Origin: Octopus vulgaris
Lineage: Eukaryota
Reading direction: 5' to 3'
DNA: 64,000 nucleotides
NCBI GenBank assembly: GCA_951406725.2
Contig: OX597821.1
Span: 37,262,001 to 37,326,000, forward strand
Below are positions 24,985 to 37,727 of the stretch, piece by piece. Position 1 is the first letter of the stretch, and each line of letters opens with the position of its first letter. A program made the position numbers and the translations under genes. The notes under the pieces were generated by a model. The model saw only the letters and a list, made by a program, of their open reading frames with translations. It made no database searches and was not told the DNA's origin.

Positions 24985-25713
24985 CAGAATTGGTCCAATG
25001 TAGCTTCCTGTATATGGAGGTAATAACTTCATGAACTGTTCTTGCCAGAGCTTACTCTAGCTACTCTACTTTCAGATCACTCTCTTTGATTGCTAATTAG
25101 GTCTTCTAGGTAACAGAAAGCATCAACTACTTTAGAGCACCATCGAGACATTTGGAGAGAGTCTACTTTGCATGTATTCTCAGTACCTATTGCCCCTGTG
25201 CATCTACCACATATGAAGTCTGCCTTCTCTGTTAACTGTGACCCCTCTACACTTCTTGTACATTCATAGTTTACACCAAACAGAATACCTACCTGCTTTT
25301 TTCTACATATTAAGCAAGGGCATTTCTCTTATGATAGCAGAATCTTATCTTCTCGCTTGCTTACTTTACTCTTTACTAAGTTTTACTTTGAGGCTTCTCA
25401 ATTCAAGGTTTTCTTTCTGTGTTATGAATTTTTTGTTTTCTGCTTCAGATTCACTTATAAGAACTTATAGGTCATTAGTGTATAGGAGTTCATATGGACA
25501 TCTTGTCTAAAACACCTCTTTCCTAGCTTGGAGGAGTGTAATGCAGGGGGAAGCCAAAAACCGAGCTCTAATATATCCCCTGCCTTCTTTGCTATGTGCA
25601 TTACTATCTCCCACCTTGCATAGCTCTCATATGCATTACAATAGGAAGTTACTGTTTCTGTCTCCTATTATGAGACTTAGGTGTGTACTTAGACTTAAAT
25701 ATCTCACAGTTAA

Positions 25714-26065
25714 TTGTATTATGGTAGTATAAATAAAGTATAAGAAAAATAAGGACTGAAGGTACACATTGTATTTATCATTCACTTTTACTCCCTTCTC
25801 ACAAGTCTACCCTTCTTTTCTAACTTCCCCAAACTAACTGACCTTTAATTCACTACTATATGAATTCATTCATCCTCTCCTCTCCATGTTGTATTATGGT
25901 AGTATAAACAAAGTATAAGAAAAATAAGGACTGAAGGTACACATTGTATTTATCATTCACTTTTACTCCCTTCTCACAAGTCTACCCTTCTTTTCTAACT
26001 TCCCCAAACTAACTGACCTTTAATTCACTACTATATGAATTCATTCATCCTCTCCTCTCCATGTT
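25714..26065. repeat. 175-bp near-perfect tandem duplication
   Basis: units start 25714 and 25889; I see one mismatch (AAATAAAG/AAACAAAG). Confidence 0.9.
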
Positions 26066-26349
26066 TCTCTCTCCATATTGTCTTTTCCCCCCTCACACCC
26101 CTCTAATAAACACTACATGAAACTTATTACTTGAAACATAATTTCTTTACAATGATTCTGATCTTTCAGCATCATGGATGTAATTTGTTTTCTATTTTAA
26201 TAATACACATTCAGATTGCAGGATTAAGTCTAATTGAACTGATCAGAGAGCTTATTTTATGCAATGCTAGAAGATCATTAGGCACAACATGACAGTGCAT
26301 GCTATGAAGACAACCCAATTTATGTTAGCCTTGTATGTTATATTTTCAA

Positions 26350-26830
26350 GAGATAGTAACAATTCGGAAGAAGAAGCATGTGTTCTCGTCTGTGAATCAA
26401 AAACTGCAACGTATAAGGGAGTTAGAGGCAAATGCTGCAATGACAAAACTATTTGAAGTGTATGATGTTGAAAAGCAAACAGCTTTGGACATATGTAAAA
26501 CTACGGACAAACTCTCTGTATTTTCATTGAGGCAAATTCTAAAGCATCATATGTTAGTGCAAGGAAATGTATGAGTGTTGCAAAAGATACAAAAGTTAAG
26601 GCAGTAATAAGATAGTTAAGCGATCAATAATTACATAGTGACAACATCTCTGATGTAGGAATTTAAAATACTGCTGCTAGGCTAGTTTGCCATATGTGAG
26701 CATCAAGGATATTAAAGCTAGTGGTGGGTAGTTTTAGGAATCATCATGGTATTAGTAATATGATTACCGATGGTGAAGCAGGCAGCATACCAACTAAGGA
26801 AATCAAACCATTCAGGAAGAGGTTAGATGA
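26350..26830 (+). mobile_element. Tigger/pogo (CENP-B-like) transposase remnant
   Basis: RKKKHVFSSVNQKLQRIRELE...YDVEKQTALDICK helix-turn-helix, then KASGG..FRNHHGI (ASxGWLxxFxxRHGI-like) in broken frames. Confidence 0.7.
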
Positions 26831-26869
26831 CCGAATTGAGAAAGGTTCTTGTGTTTTTCCAAGTGTAGA

Positions 26870-28580
26870 ATGGAAATGAAACTGCCAATACAAGCAGAGT
26901 TTAGTGTTCAATGAAGGAAAGGCACGAATAAGTGGACTGGTTACACCCCTGGCATAGGCCACAAGGTTATGGTCTCACTTGCGCTTGCCGAGAAGGTTAT
27001 GGTCCAGATGTATATTACTGCATCCCTCTCCCACCTTCTCTCCAGGGAGTAGAGTTTTAGTTGTTTCAGCTTTTCCCGGTAGCTGAGCTATTGCAAAGAG
27101 ACAATCTTCTTTGGGAATTTTCTCTGGATTGCTTCAAGGTCCGCTGTTAATTTTACACTGTTGGGTGACCATAGCTGGGAGCAGTAATCCAGGTGGCTGA
27201 GGACGAATGTCCTCCAGAGGACCACCATGGTTTCCTTATCTCTGGTTCTGAATGTTCTTAGGATCCATCCATCCAGCCAGTCGTCTGCACTTTGTCACCA
27301 TCCTGGTAATGTGCACTTGGAAAGAGGTATCATCTCTCGTGTTGATACCTAGGTCCCTCACTCATTTAGGCTATGGGATTGAAATTCCCTGTGGACCGGT
27401 GTACCCTGTAGGTTTAATATTCAGTTTTGGATGCTGGTAGCACAGGGCCTGGAATTTTTCAGCATTAAACAGCATATTATTATCCTCAGCCCATCTGTAA
27501 ATTGAGTCCAACTCCTGCTGCAATTCGTATCATCTGCATAGCTAGCAAGGATGGCTATCCAGGCAATTGAGGGCATATCTGAGAGGGCCACTATGAAAAG
27601 CAGTGCCCCCCCCCCCCCCAGACAGTGCCCTGTGGAACACCATTCACTATTTGTGTGTTCATAGAGGTAGGTCCATTAGCCACTACTGCCTGACTCCTAT
27701 CTTTCAGAAAGTCGTGTAACCACTCTCCAAGTTTTCCAGCTATTCTGAGATCATGCAGTTTTGTGGCATATCATACCATGATCCACTTTGTCAAAAGCTT
27801 TTGCAAAATCTAGGTATATTATGTCCACATTTGAGTTGTTGAGTAACTGCCTCAACACCCAGTCATAATGTTGTAAGAGCTGGGTCAGGTAGCTCCTACT
27901 TGGTCGAAAGCCATGCTGGGTATCACTCAGCAAGTTATTTTCTTCAAGGAATGCGATTAGTTTCCCTCTGACTATCCGTTCCATGACTTTGCTGATGTGT
28001 GAGGACAGAGAGATAAGCCTATAGTTTTTCGCATCTACTCTGCTTTCCCCTTTATGGATTAGGCATATTATTCCCTCTTTCAGCTTGCTTGGCAGTTTGC
28101 CATTTGTAAGAAAGCTCTGAAAGAGAATCCGGAGGGGTTTTGCCAGGGCATGCTTATACGATTTGAGGAGGATTGCTGGGAAACCATCAGGACCAGCAGT
28201 TGAGTTTGTGTCCACTTCATCTATGGTTAGTAGTTTATCTTCTTCGCTAATGTCAATGTATTGCATTGTAACTGCCTCGCTGGTTATAGGTGAGGTGGCA
28301 AAGAAGTTCATTTATCTGTGTTCCAGTGGGTTGGTAAAGACACTTTTGAACTGGTCATTCAGTATCTCATTAATCTTAGTTGGACTGTCTGTGAGGGAGC
28401 CATCCTTTTGGAGGAGGGGTCCTATCTTTCAGTGTACTATGCACAAAAGAGATTCTTGGCTCAGCTGCTGCCTTGTGCATAACATCTGAAGAGCACACTT
28501 CTTTTGCGTTTTTTTCTTTTTTTGTTTGAGACGATTGGTGTCTTTCCTCAGGGAAGATTTTTCTCCTTAAGGCCTCCATA
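26870..28580 (-). mobile_element. CR1/L2-clade LINE ORF2 fragment (reverse transcriptase)
   Basis: AGPDG, NYRLISL, QHGFR, YLDFAKAFDKVDH (ORF 27751-28311), GVPQG at ~27630, YADDT at ~27535. Confidence 0.92.
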
Positions 28581-28832
28581 TATGCAACTTATATATAAAT
28601 ATATATATGTATAGTTGTAAATGTTTGTTACTGCCACAGAAGCAGTATCATTCATTCTCAATATTCTGCAAGAACATATTAGGAAAATAGGGAAATATTA
28701 TCTTACCTGGAAACAGGTGATGGTTGGCAACAAGAAGGTCATCTGGACGTAGAAAACCTGCTTCAACAAATTTCATCTGACTTATGCAAACAAAGAAAAG
28801 TGATTGTTATGATGATGATGATGATGATATAT

Positions 28833-29150
28833 TAAGGTGGCAAGCTGGCAGGATCATTAACACACTGGGCAAAATGCTTAGTGGTATTTCATCTGTCTTG
28901 TTCAAATTCCGCCGAGGTCGACTTTGCCTTTCATCCTTTCGGGGTCGATTAAATAAGTATCAGTTATGCACTGGGATCGATATAATCGACTTAATCCATT
29001 TGTCTGTCCTTTTTTGTCCCTTCTGTGTTTAGCCCCTTGTGGGTAGTAAAGAAATAGGTATTTCGTCTGTCTTTACGTTCTCTGTTCAAATTCCGCCGAG
29101 GTCGACTTTGCTTTTCATCCTTTGGGATTAATAAAAATAAGTACCAGTCA
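28833..29150 (+). mobile_element. SINE, same family, with partial tandem re-duplication
   Basis: core present twice (28900-28960, 29085-29145). Confidence 0.82.
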
Positions 29151-30103
29151 ATGTAAGATATATATATATATATGTGTGTGTGTTTGTCTGTATAAAATCT
29201 TGGACCTCATTTGTTTTATTACCTGTACCACAAATTATATATATGCATAGACATCCTAAGCACCACCAATACCTTTACAACCTCATTTCTCATTTTGTTT
29301 TCCCAATTACTGTTTTAATAGAAAAAAATTTTCACACATCTCAATAATGAAGTGTTGGTCAAAGGCAGCTCTAAGGATAGAATCTGTTGACAACTGCTTT
29401 ATAATGACCCAATACAAAACAGTAGGAAAGGAAACGTGCTTGGTAGTAAAGAAGAAACATTTTCACTTTGCACCATAAAATCCCACCAGATTCTTAATAA
29501 AACTCTCTCCAAACTTTCACATTCTTCTACCCAATATTTTAATTGTAATTTAAGTATTTCATAATATTTCTCAACCAAATCATTAGCCAACAACGCAACA
29601 ACTTGTGCAAACTGGGTTGGAGACATTTCACAATCCAGCCATCTTCCTATAATCACTAACAAACTCCTGCATTTCTGTATGCATGAATCATCTCCTCTAA
29701 TGGAAAGAACGATGCATAAACATTCATATAAAATGTCATGTCCTTAATTTATGCCTAATGAGTCTTTGCTCTCACCATAATTAATTGTTGTAAAATCAAT
29801 TAATGTTAACTCTAAATTGATGCTTATGACCTTCAGCATTATTTGCTTTCATCTTTTCATTTTGACTTCATTTGCATTTCAGCTTTGCTTCAATCTTACC
29901 CAACCATTTAAAGACTATTTATGAAACAGTAAATGATTAATGATTATTTTTTAAAATTTTTTCTCAAGTAAATTAACTTTTCATTCTACATTAATCATAT
30001 ATTGAATACTTGGTACTTTTTGTTTGCCTGTGATTACTTCTGTTACCAGCAACTGATCATTATAATTTCATATATCATCATCATTTAACGCCTGTTGTCC
30101 ATA

Positions 30104-30144
<41 letters not shown>

Positions 30145-30152
<8 letters not shown>

Positions 30153-30431
30153 ATATTTCGGAATGGTCATTTTGCCAGTTTAGCCAATAAAAAAACACGC
30201 ACTATATATTTGGTGTTATTTTGCTTCAGTGTTATTTATTTTTTACATTAATCTTAATCTTATTTCAGCCAGAGTTCTTTCGTCACACTCCTGTGACCGC
30301 ATCAGTGGTCCTTTGTTTTCTTCTGTCTTATTTATTGGCTAAACTGGCAAAATGACCATTCCGAAATATAACAATATCTGTTTCAACACACGACTTCACA
30401 TAAAAAATCTTGCACAACAAATATTTAAACG
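30145..30431. mobile_element. Penelope-like fold-back insert
   Basis: perfect 47-bp inverted arms 30145-30191 / 30331-30377, internal hammerhead-like motif, tail shared with 43803-43850. Confidence 0.6.
30269..30308 (-). ncRNA. minimal hammerhead-like motif (variant core)
   Basis: CCA-CUGAUGCG-[GUCACA GGAG UGUGAC]-GAAAGAACUC-UGG. Confidence 0.5.
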
Positions 30432-31042
30432 TATATATATATATATAATGTATATATGGATATATTTATTTGTGTGTGTCTGTGGATACATATGTGTGTG
30501 TGCATACCTGTTTCCATGTCTCTCTTTTATGTTTACATTGTTGTTTGTGTCTTGTTTTTGTCCTGTAATTAAGCAGTTCCAAAAATAGAGATTGGTTAAA
30601 CTAAACACTAGACTGAAAAACAGATTTGATATAATTCAATCAAATGTTCGAAGTTGGTTAATAGCATGGCTGCCATCTGATAGCTGAAACCAGTGAAAGA
30701 ATAAAGTAGTTTTAAGCATGGTCAGTGCTTTAGTAAGTGTGCTTCACGATATGGTGATTACCGTTTTAATCCCACTGTGTGGCACCTTGACCTCGGGGTG
30801 AAATTAGGTAGACAGAAACTGGGTGAAAGCTCATCAGATAGTATTTCTCTTGAGTGCTAAACATTAGCTTTGCCTTCATCTGGTAACAATCTGCCTTTTT
30901 GCAAGTTATTCTTTGGTTTAAGAATAATTTGTTATCTTCATATGCTGCTTCTTATTGCAGCATCATGGCTCCTGTTTCCACATTGCAAAAGTCCTCTTAA
31001 ATCATTAAAAAGGATATAATTTTTTTTTTCCATCTTTTTCAG

Positions 31043-31135
31043 AAGTGTGGTATTGATAAACTATTACCCAATATGCTGATTGATGACTATTTATTTGAAC
31101 CATGTGGATATTCCATGAATGGAATACTGCCAGGG
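31043..31135 (+). CDS. AMD1: AdoMetDC exon (PCGYSMN motif)
   Basis: ttcag|AAG...GGG|gtaaat, 93 nt; KCGIDKLLPNMLIDDYLFEPCGYSMNGILPG. Confidence 0.97.
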
Positions 31136-32417
31136 GTAAATGATCTGTACTTTTTTTATTCCTAAAATTTTAGTTTTATTTCTTGATATCTTGAAAAATA
31201 TCAAGATTCTATGCAATATACGAATGTGAAACTCTCTTTTCTCTTCCTTGCCTTTTGTATGTCTTCACTGTCACATATAACTCCATTTTCCTTCTCTGGT
31301 ATGTGACAGAGATGTTAAAATCAAAATAACCATAATCAATATTTTTATCAACAGAGTTGCTTGGTCGCCGTCCTCTTTGTAATTCCACATTGAATATACA
31401 TGATAAACATCCACAAAAATCGATCCTTTTGTCAAGTCCTTACCACACACATACACACACACACTTGCACCAAAAGTGCAACCATCTTAAGTCCTTTCAT
31501 GACCCTGACTGTCAGTTTTCTTGCTTTTCTTTTTTTAATTAATTCATCAGAGGAGAAGATTGGTACCCTTACATATATAGTTCCTTACACATTGGTGACA
31601 TTGATGTTACTAATATCCAATTTGAGGTCCTAAAAGAACTGGTGACATTGATGTTATACTAGCTAAGGGATGATCTAATTAGAACTACCCTGTATGTTAT
31701 TACCAAACTATGATTTTATTTCCGTTTCTCCCACCCTCTGTAAATTAACTCCCTTCAGATTCCCTACCTCTTGTGTACAATCTTGCCTCATGCAGTGGAA
31801 GTCAGAAAAGGAGAAAATATTCAGATAAGTAACTCTTGTTTCCAGCATAGCACACATCTAAACCTTGTTTTACAGCACAAGTTATAATTACTATTATTAT
31901 TCGTTAATTTATCTATGTACCCTCACTGTATCTTTTATTCCATGCCGTATGTTATAGTAAACTTAACATTAACCCTATGTTCAGTTCAATTCTCTCTCAC
32001 TTTATTGCACATTATAATTATTACTATTGTTATTTATTTATCTATTTTTGTCACAAACTTTTGATTACTCCATACTGTATGTTATAGTTAAAGTTAAGAA
32101 TACAAATGTTTGATTCTGTTTCACTCTATAGCACTCTTTATAATTGCTATTGTCATTCATTTACCTGTCTATTTAGTGGGGTGTGCTATAGTTAAAGTTA
32201 AGAAATCCAATTATTCAATTCTGTTTAATCTTGCTCTAAATCTCGAAAATCCCATTTCATGTTTTGTTTCCTGCTATCTTATCCAAATGAACCACTGTTT
32301 CCTCGACCAGCCCTAATTCTGAAAATTTCACCCCCCTCCCCCTCTCTCCATTTTGTTAATCAATTGCTTTTCCCATGTTGATTATAAACGTTATCCTCTT
32401 TCATGTTCTACTTACAG

Positions 32418-32492
32418 GGTTATTATATTACCATTCATGTCACACCAGAACCTCAGTGCTCTTATGTCAGTTTTGAAACTAATGTTTCCCAA
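32418..32492 (+). CDS. AMD1: AdoMetDC exon (TIHVTPE / SFETN motifs)
   Basis: ttacag|GGT...CAA|gtaaga, 75 nt; GYYITIHVTPEPQCSYVSFETNVSQ. Confidence 0.97.
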
Positions 32493-32677
32493 GTAAGAAA
32501 ATGTTATGTCTTATATTTTCTTTCTCTTTCTTGCATGACATTAGTATATATTATTTATGCCTTCTTTTTATATGATCAAAATTGTCATGAATGATGTATT
32601 CTCTGCTTTACTTTCTCACTTTCAGTTTCACTGCTAACGGTTTATGCATATATCACACTATACCATTATATGGCATC

Positions 32678-33012
32678 AATCATCATCATCATCATTGTTT
32701 AGCGTCCGCTTTCCATGCTAGCATGGGTTGGACGGTTCAACTGGGGTCTGGGAAGCCAGAAGGCTGCACCAGGCCCAGTCTGATCTGGCAATGTTTCTAC
32801 GGCTGGATGCCCTTCCTAACGCCAACCACTCCGTGAGTGTAGTGGGTGCCTTTTACGTGCCAGACGAGGCTGGCAAACGGCCACAATCGGATGGTGCTTT
32901 TTACGTGCCACTGGCACAAGGCCAGTCGGGGCGGCGCTGGCAACGGCCACGTTCGGATGGTTCTCTTACGTACCACCAGCACTGGTATCACAACCACCGG
33001 CACTGGTATCAC
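32678..33012 (-). mobile_element. RTE-tail repeat
   Basis: near-identical to 49869-50246. Confidence 0.85.
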
Positions 33013-33640
33013 AATATTATGATAATATACCTACTCTGTCACTCTTCCATTACTCTTTCTCCTACCACTCTTATTGCTTTCTTTCACATTAATACTCTTT
33101 TTATTCTATTTACTCTCCCTGTTTCATTTATATTGACTGAGTAGAGACAACTTAGAAACTAAAGATGGCACCCTGATAAAATATATCCTCTACATTCTGT
33201 GAAGGGATTAGAAAATGAATGGAGACAATGTGGAACAGAGAGATTGTTCTAGTCTTGCCCACAACACAACATTCAGTGCTGGTGTCACACTGAAATGCAC
33301 CTAATATATTCCTTTGTAAAGAACTTAGTATTAAGAACTTCCAGCTATAAAAACCGTGTTCTGCTCTGTTTGAACTGTTATGATCTGTCAAATCTCTTTG
33401 GGAGGTAATTCTTTCACTTTCTGTTGCCACTTTTCTCTAACCCATTCCCATTTATCTTCCTCATTAAATTCTTAAAACTAAGCTCTTCAGGATCAAGATC
33501 TAGTCTTTGACAACTTCTAGCCCCTTTGTCCATATATTTTAAATATTGCATCCAAGTGTTCCACTTGATAAATAAGCTCAACACTCGCAAATAATTTCTA
33601 ACAATTTTGCTCAATGTCGACAAGCGTTTCACTTCTGCTT

Positions 33641-33725
33641 CATCATCATCATCATCGTTTAGTGTCCGTTTTCCATTCTAGCATGGGTTGGACGGTTCAA
33701 CTGGGGTCTGTGAAGCCAGAAGGCT
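33641..33725 (-). mobile_element. 5'-truncated RTE-tail repeat abutting the tRNA-Glu trailer
   Basis: last ~85 nt of the family plus (CAT)n. Confidence 0.85.
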
Positions 33726-33737
33726 AAAAAGAATGTG

Positions 33738-33809
33738 TTCCCATGCCGGGAATCAAACCCGGGCCGCCTGGGTGAAAGCCAGGAATCCTAACCACTAGAC
33801 CACATGGGA
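33738..33809 (-). tRNA. tRNA-Glu(TTC), possibly a pseudogene (T-loop TTTGA instead of TTCGA)
   Basis: TCCCATGTGGTCTAGTGGTTAGGATTCCTGGCTTTCACCCAGGCGGCCCGGGTTTGATTCCCGGCATGGGAA, 72 nt cloverleaf; TTTTT 7 nt downstream (33726-33730). Confidence 0.9.
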
Positions 33810-34754
33810 GTGCTCATTATTATCAAATAAAACACTTCTTTTTCTCTGCTTGATCATCATTGTCACTGTCTTCTTTGTTTTAACATATTTTTCTTTGATG
33901 CTTCCTCAATCAGAAGACACTCCACCTACTGTTTTCATCACTTCTGCTGTATCTCACTTTAGGATCTTTCCAGATCTTATTCTAAACAATTTCCTTCATC
34001 TTTTCATGTTCTTATTTCAACTGCATCCCTAAAACTCACACCAGACATTTTTAATGCAGTGGTCTAAAGTCTCCCTTGGTTTACTACAGAATCTTGCATA
34101 CCATTATGTTATATCTGTTGTGTGTTCACTTGTGATAATAATACAAGAAACAAACTTGGAAAATAACAGTGAGACTTTATTCCTTTGTTAAATAGTCCAG
34201 TGGACTTAATAAAGCATCGTGAATTCTGGTATTTGTATAGTTCATCCATTGTTTGGAAACTTCAGCTCGGGTTGGTGATGGTTACATGTGCTCTGTTATA
34301 TTAATTTTACTCTGGTAAGAAAATAACATGACTTGCCCTTCATGAAAATTGCTCACCCCTCTGCTCATAGATGATTTGTTACACCAATTTATAGAAAATG
34401 GGCAAGTTCCAGAGTGTCTATGGATTAGTTGTTTGAGAATGTATTAAGTGCAAAGTGATTGGATCTTCAATCCAAATCCAATAAAATACTCAACCAAGGC
34501 ACTGGGCTCAGCCAATGTTCAAAACTCACATAACAGGTAAGACGACCAACCATTACAGATTAATGCATCGAACCTCTATCAGTTTAATGGATTCAATATA
34601 CCAGAATAAAAATGGTTTCTCTACGCATTTATCAAATCATTTTAATTCGTTCCATGTTAAGCAGGTGTGCATATGGAGACAGAATATTTTCTATATTACC
34701 TGTATTGAGACATTTTGTGATATTGCATTTCTAGTTCAGTCTTTCTATTTACAG

Positions 34755-34835
34755 GAATCTTATTTTGAGCTGCTAAACAAGCTTCTTGACCTATTCAAGC
34801 CTGGAAACTTTTTACTAACGGTTTTTGCAAATAAA
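34755..34835 (+). CDS. AMD1: AdoMetDC exon
   Basis: ttacag|GAA...AAA|gtaagg, 81 nt; ESYFELLNKLLDLFKPGNFLLTVFANK matches human [27 protein letters not shown]. Confidence 0.96.
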
Positions 34836-36887
34836 GTAAGGATTTTGTTTTTATTACATTTCACGTCCTTAATGCTATTATCCAGACAGTTTCCAGAATA
34901 TATTCTTAGATAGAATCCACTTTCTTACTCAATAATCTCTCTTCTTTGGAATCAGCTAGGACTTTCTATTGTTGATGAAAATTTCCTTAATACTTCGAAG
35001 CTTAGCCATCATTTCTATTACCTCCATCATGCTTTGAATCAGCAATAATTATAAAACAACTTTCCCACGAGTAAAGACTCTGTTTCGTATCTGTTTTCTC
35101 TGAAGTAGTTATTCTCAATACCTACAACTTTTCTTCCTATTTTTTTTCTATTCTGTTCTTTCCTATCTGCTTGATTTAGCAGCATACAATTTATACTCAC
35201 TCATCTTCAATAACATCTCATGGCAACCACATAAGCATAATACAGTATCACAATGGCTAGCTTTCTTTTAGCAGCCTTAGATAGTTGTTGAGCCTCTACA
35301 AATCACAAATCTAATCTTTGCATGCATCATAAGCAAGGATATATATACATACAATAACAGATGACCTTTGACTCTCCTGAGTTCACCCACCATTTAACAG
35401 GTTTTGTTTTTTCATTCTCCTCCTTATCAAACAGAATTGATAAAGTTGCTGGTTTGGTCACCAACAACCCAACAATTTAGATGGTTGTATTGAGTTATAT
35501 GTTATTTGTAGCACACACGAGGAATCCCAGCAATCATTGATCAAATTTTAACGAGCAGGAAAGTGATATCCAATAACACCACAGTGGGGCATGTATTCCA
35601 GAGCCTGGTGACACAATGGTCCTCATATGCAGTACTGCACAAGCTGGTCTTGGCCATCTTGCCAGTGGTCCAGGAAGTCATGGATGAGTGAACGAGACTG
35701 GTCATCAAGTGCAGGCCTCTCTTACTATTAACTAAGTTCAGTGCAAGTCAAGACCGAAACTTCTTTAAAACACAGACAGATGACGGTGTTCCTATTGCAG
35801 TAGGAGACGTACCATACAGGCTTGCACCAGTGAAATACTGCTACTTTTGTAGTTTCATCACACACGTTTCGTACAGATGGAAGCAGCTAGCTGTACCATT
35901 TCATGTTACTGTGGTGTGCAAGAGGTGGAATCGTGGTCATCTTCAAGATGAAGGACCTGAACAAATCAAAGCATACATAAGTACTCTATAGAGTACTGCT
36001 CCCACACGAGGGAGCATACACGAAGATAATCAGACTCAAACTTTTAGAGAATTCTTACGTGCTTCCTTTTATAGTCTGTTCATTTGCAGACATCACTCTT
36101 CATTTTCTTAACCTTTTGCACAGTCATCACCCACACACCACGTGAACACTTCTACCAAACACACACACTTAAGATCTCAAAAATGTTCTATTACAGGGAT
36201 CTTGCTAGTCTTGTTCCACAACCAGACACCACAAATGTCAAAAAAAGCACACATACAGCACAACTGAAGACTTCTCACTATTCACACTGCTAGGCATTTA
36301 CTATCTCTGATGACCTTATATGGTAACCATTGATTTATAATGTAGCAAAGGATGGGTTTCCTCTCAGGTGCCAGAAAATACTTTGACTTAGTTGCAACTG
36401 CCAAACATTCTGAATCACATTCGTGAAAGTCTTGCACCTGCTAATTAAATGATCAGTGATTACTGACATACTACATACAATTAGTTACTGATGGACTGTA
36501 ACTTTCCTATTGCCACAGCAATGTTCCCTACTTCTCTGAGCTTGCTCCATTCAAACCCAGATGTGGGTATGACTGTGTAGATAAAAAGCTTTCTTTACAG
36601 CCATTGTGAATTACAGTTCTTCTATCTCTTTTGAATATTATTGGCTTCATCTCTATATTCTCATTCTAACTTGTTAACTTGAAAAAGACCCAAAGAGTTA
36701 GAGTTCAAGAAAACTTTACTCAGTTGAGCTGCATTTGTTTTCTTTGTCTTCAGCTCTGCTCTTCTCATTGCAATTCGAGTTTTCCTCTATGAAGCTGCCT
36801 TTACAGTTGTAAAACACAGCCTACAAATATAATCATTCACAACTTCCCGTAGCCTTTAAATTGTTTGAAAAAACATAATTTGCAAGG

Positions 36888-37122
36888 TATCATCATCATC
36901 ATTTAGCGTCCGCTTTCCATGCTAGCATGGGTTGGACGGTTCAACTGGGGTCTGTGAAGCTGGAAGGCTTCATCAGGCCCAGTCAGATCTGGCAGTGCTT
37001 CTACTGCTGGATGCCCTTCCTAACGCCAACCACTCCATGAGTGTAGTGGGTGTTTTTTACGTGCCACCTGCACAGGTGCCAGACGGAGCTGGCAAACGGC
37101 CACAAACGGATGGTGCTTTTAC
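36888..37122 (-). mobile_element. RTE-tail repeat
   Basis: same 3' block. Confidence 0.85.
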
Positions 37123-37727
37123 CAAAATGCCAGTTCAAAATTTAAGCATGCCCACTATTTTCAGCATCACACAAAACAATTTAGACATCAAAACAAGCTG
37201 TTCTTAAAACACCCATTAATCTGTATCAAGAATTTGAAAGTTTTGAAAGGAAATAATGTTCAAACACATTTTTTGTTTTAATTTGTTAATTTCAACATGT
37301 TTTTCTTTTAAAAATTCATATTGTATAAAAGAAAGCATTATTTTTCCAGTCTTGGAAACGGCATTTATTCTGTATTTATTGCTACCTATTTTTCTAAAAA
37401 TTCCGATAGAATTGAAGTCTTGCAAAGCATTTATGTTTATTTGTAAATATATTAATCCTTTTGTTTCCATATTTTTGTCAAAATAGTTTTCCCAGTTAAT
37501 TTTGAAGATAATGAAGAATTTAATAACATAAGTTTGTCATTATTTAGCTGGTATTTGAAATGCAAGTTAACATGAAATTTTAATGGAAGGTTTTCATGTG
37601 CCATACAGAGTTGTACGTGCCTTAATCTCCTATTTAAACTTGAGAGCTGACACATTTATAAATTATGAAAGTATTTAAGAGAATTTATTTCTTAAAACTA
37701 CATTTGTTTTATTTTTTCTTCCTTTAG

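Noticed and set aside
35400-36050. GC-richer stretch as a Tc1 transposase remnant or exon
   Set aside because: No motif or ORF I could confirm by eye.
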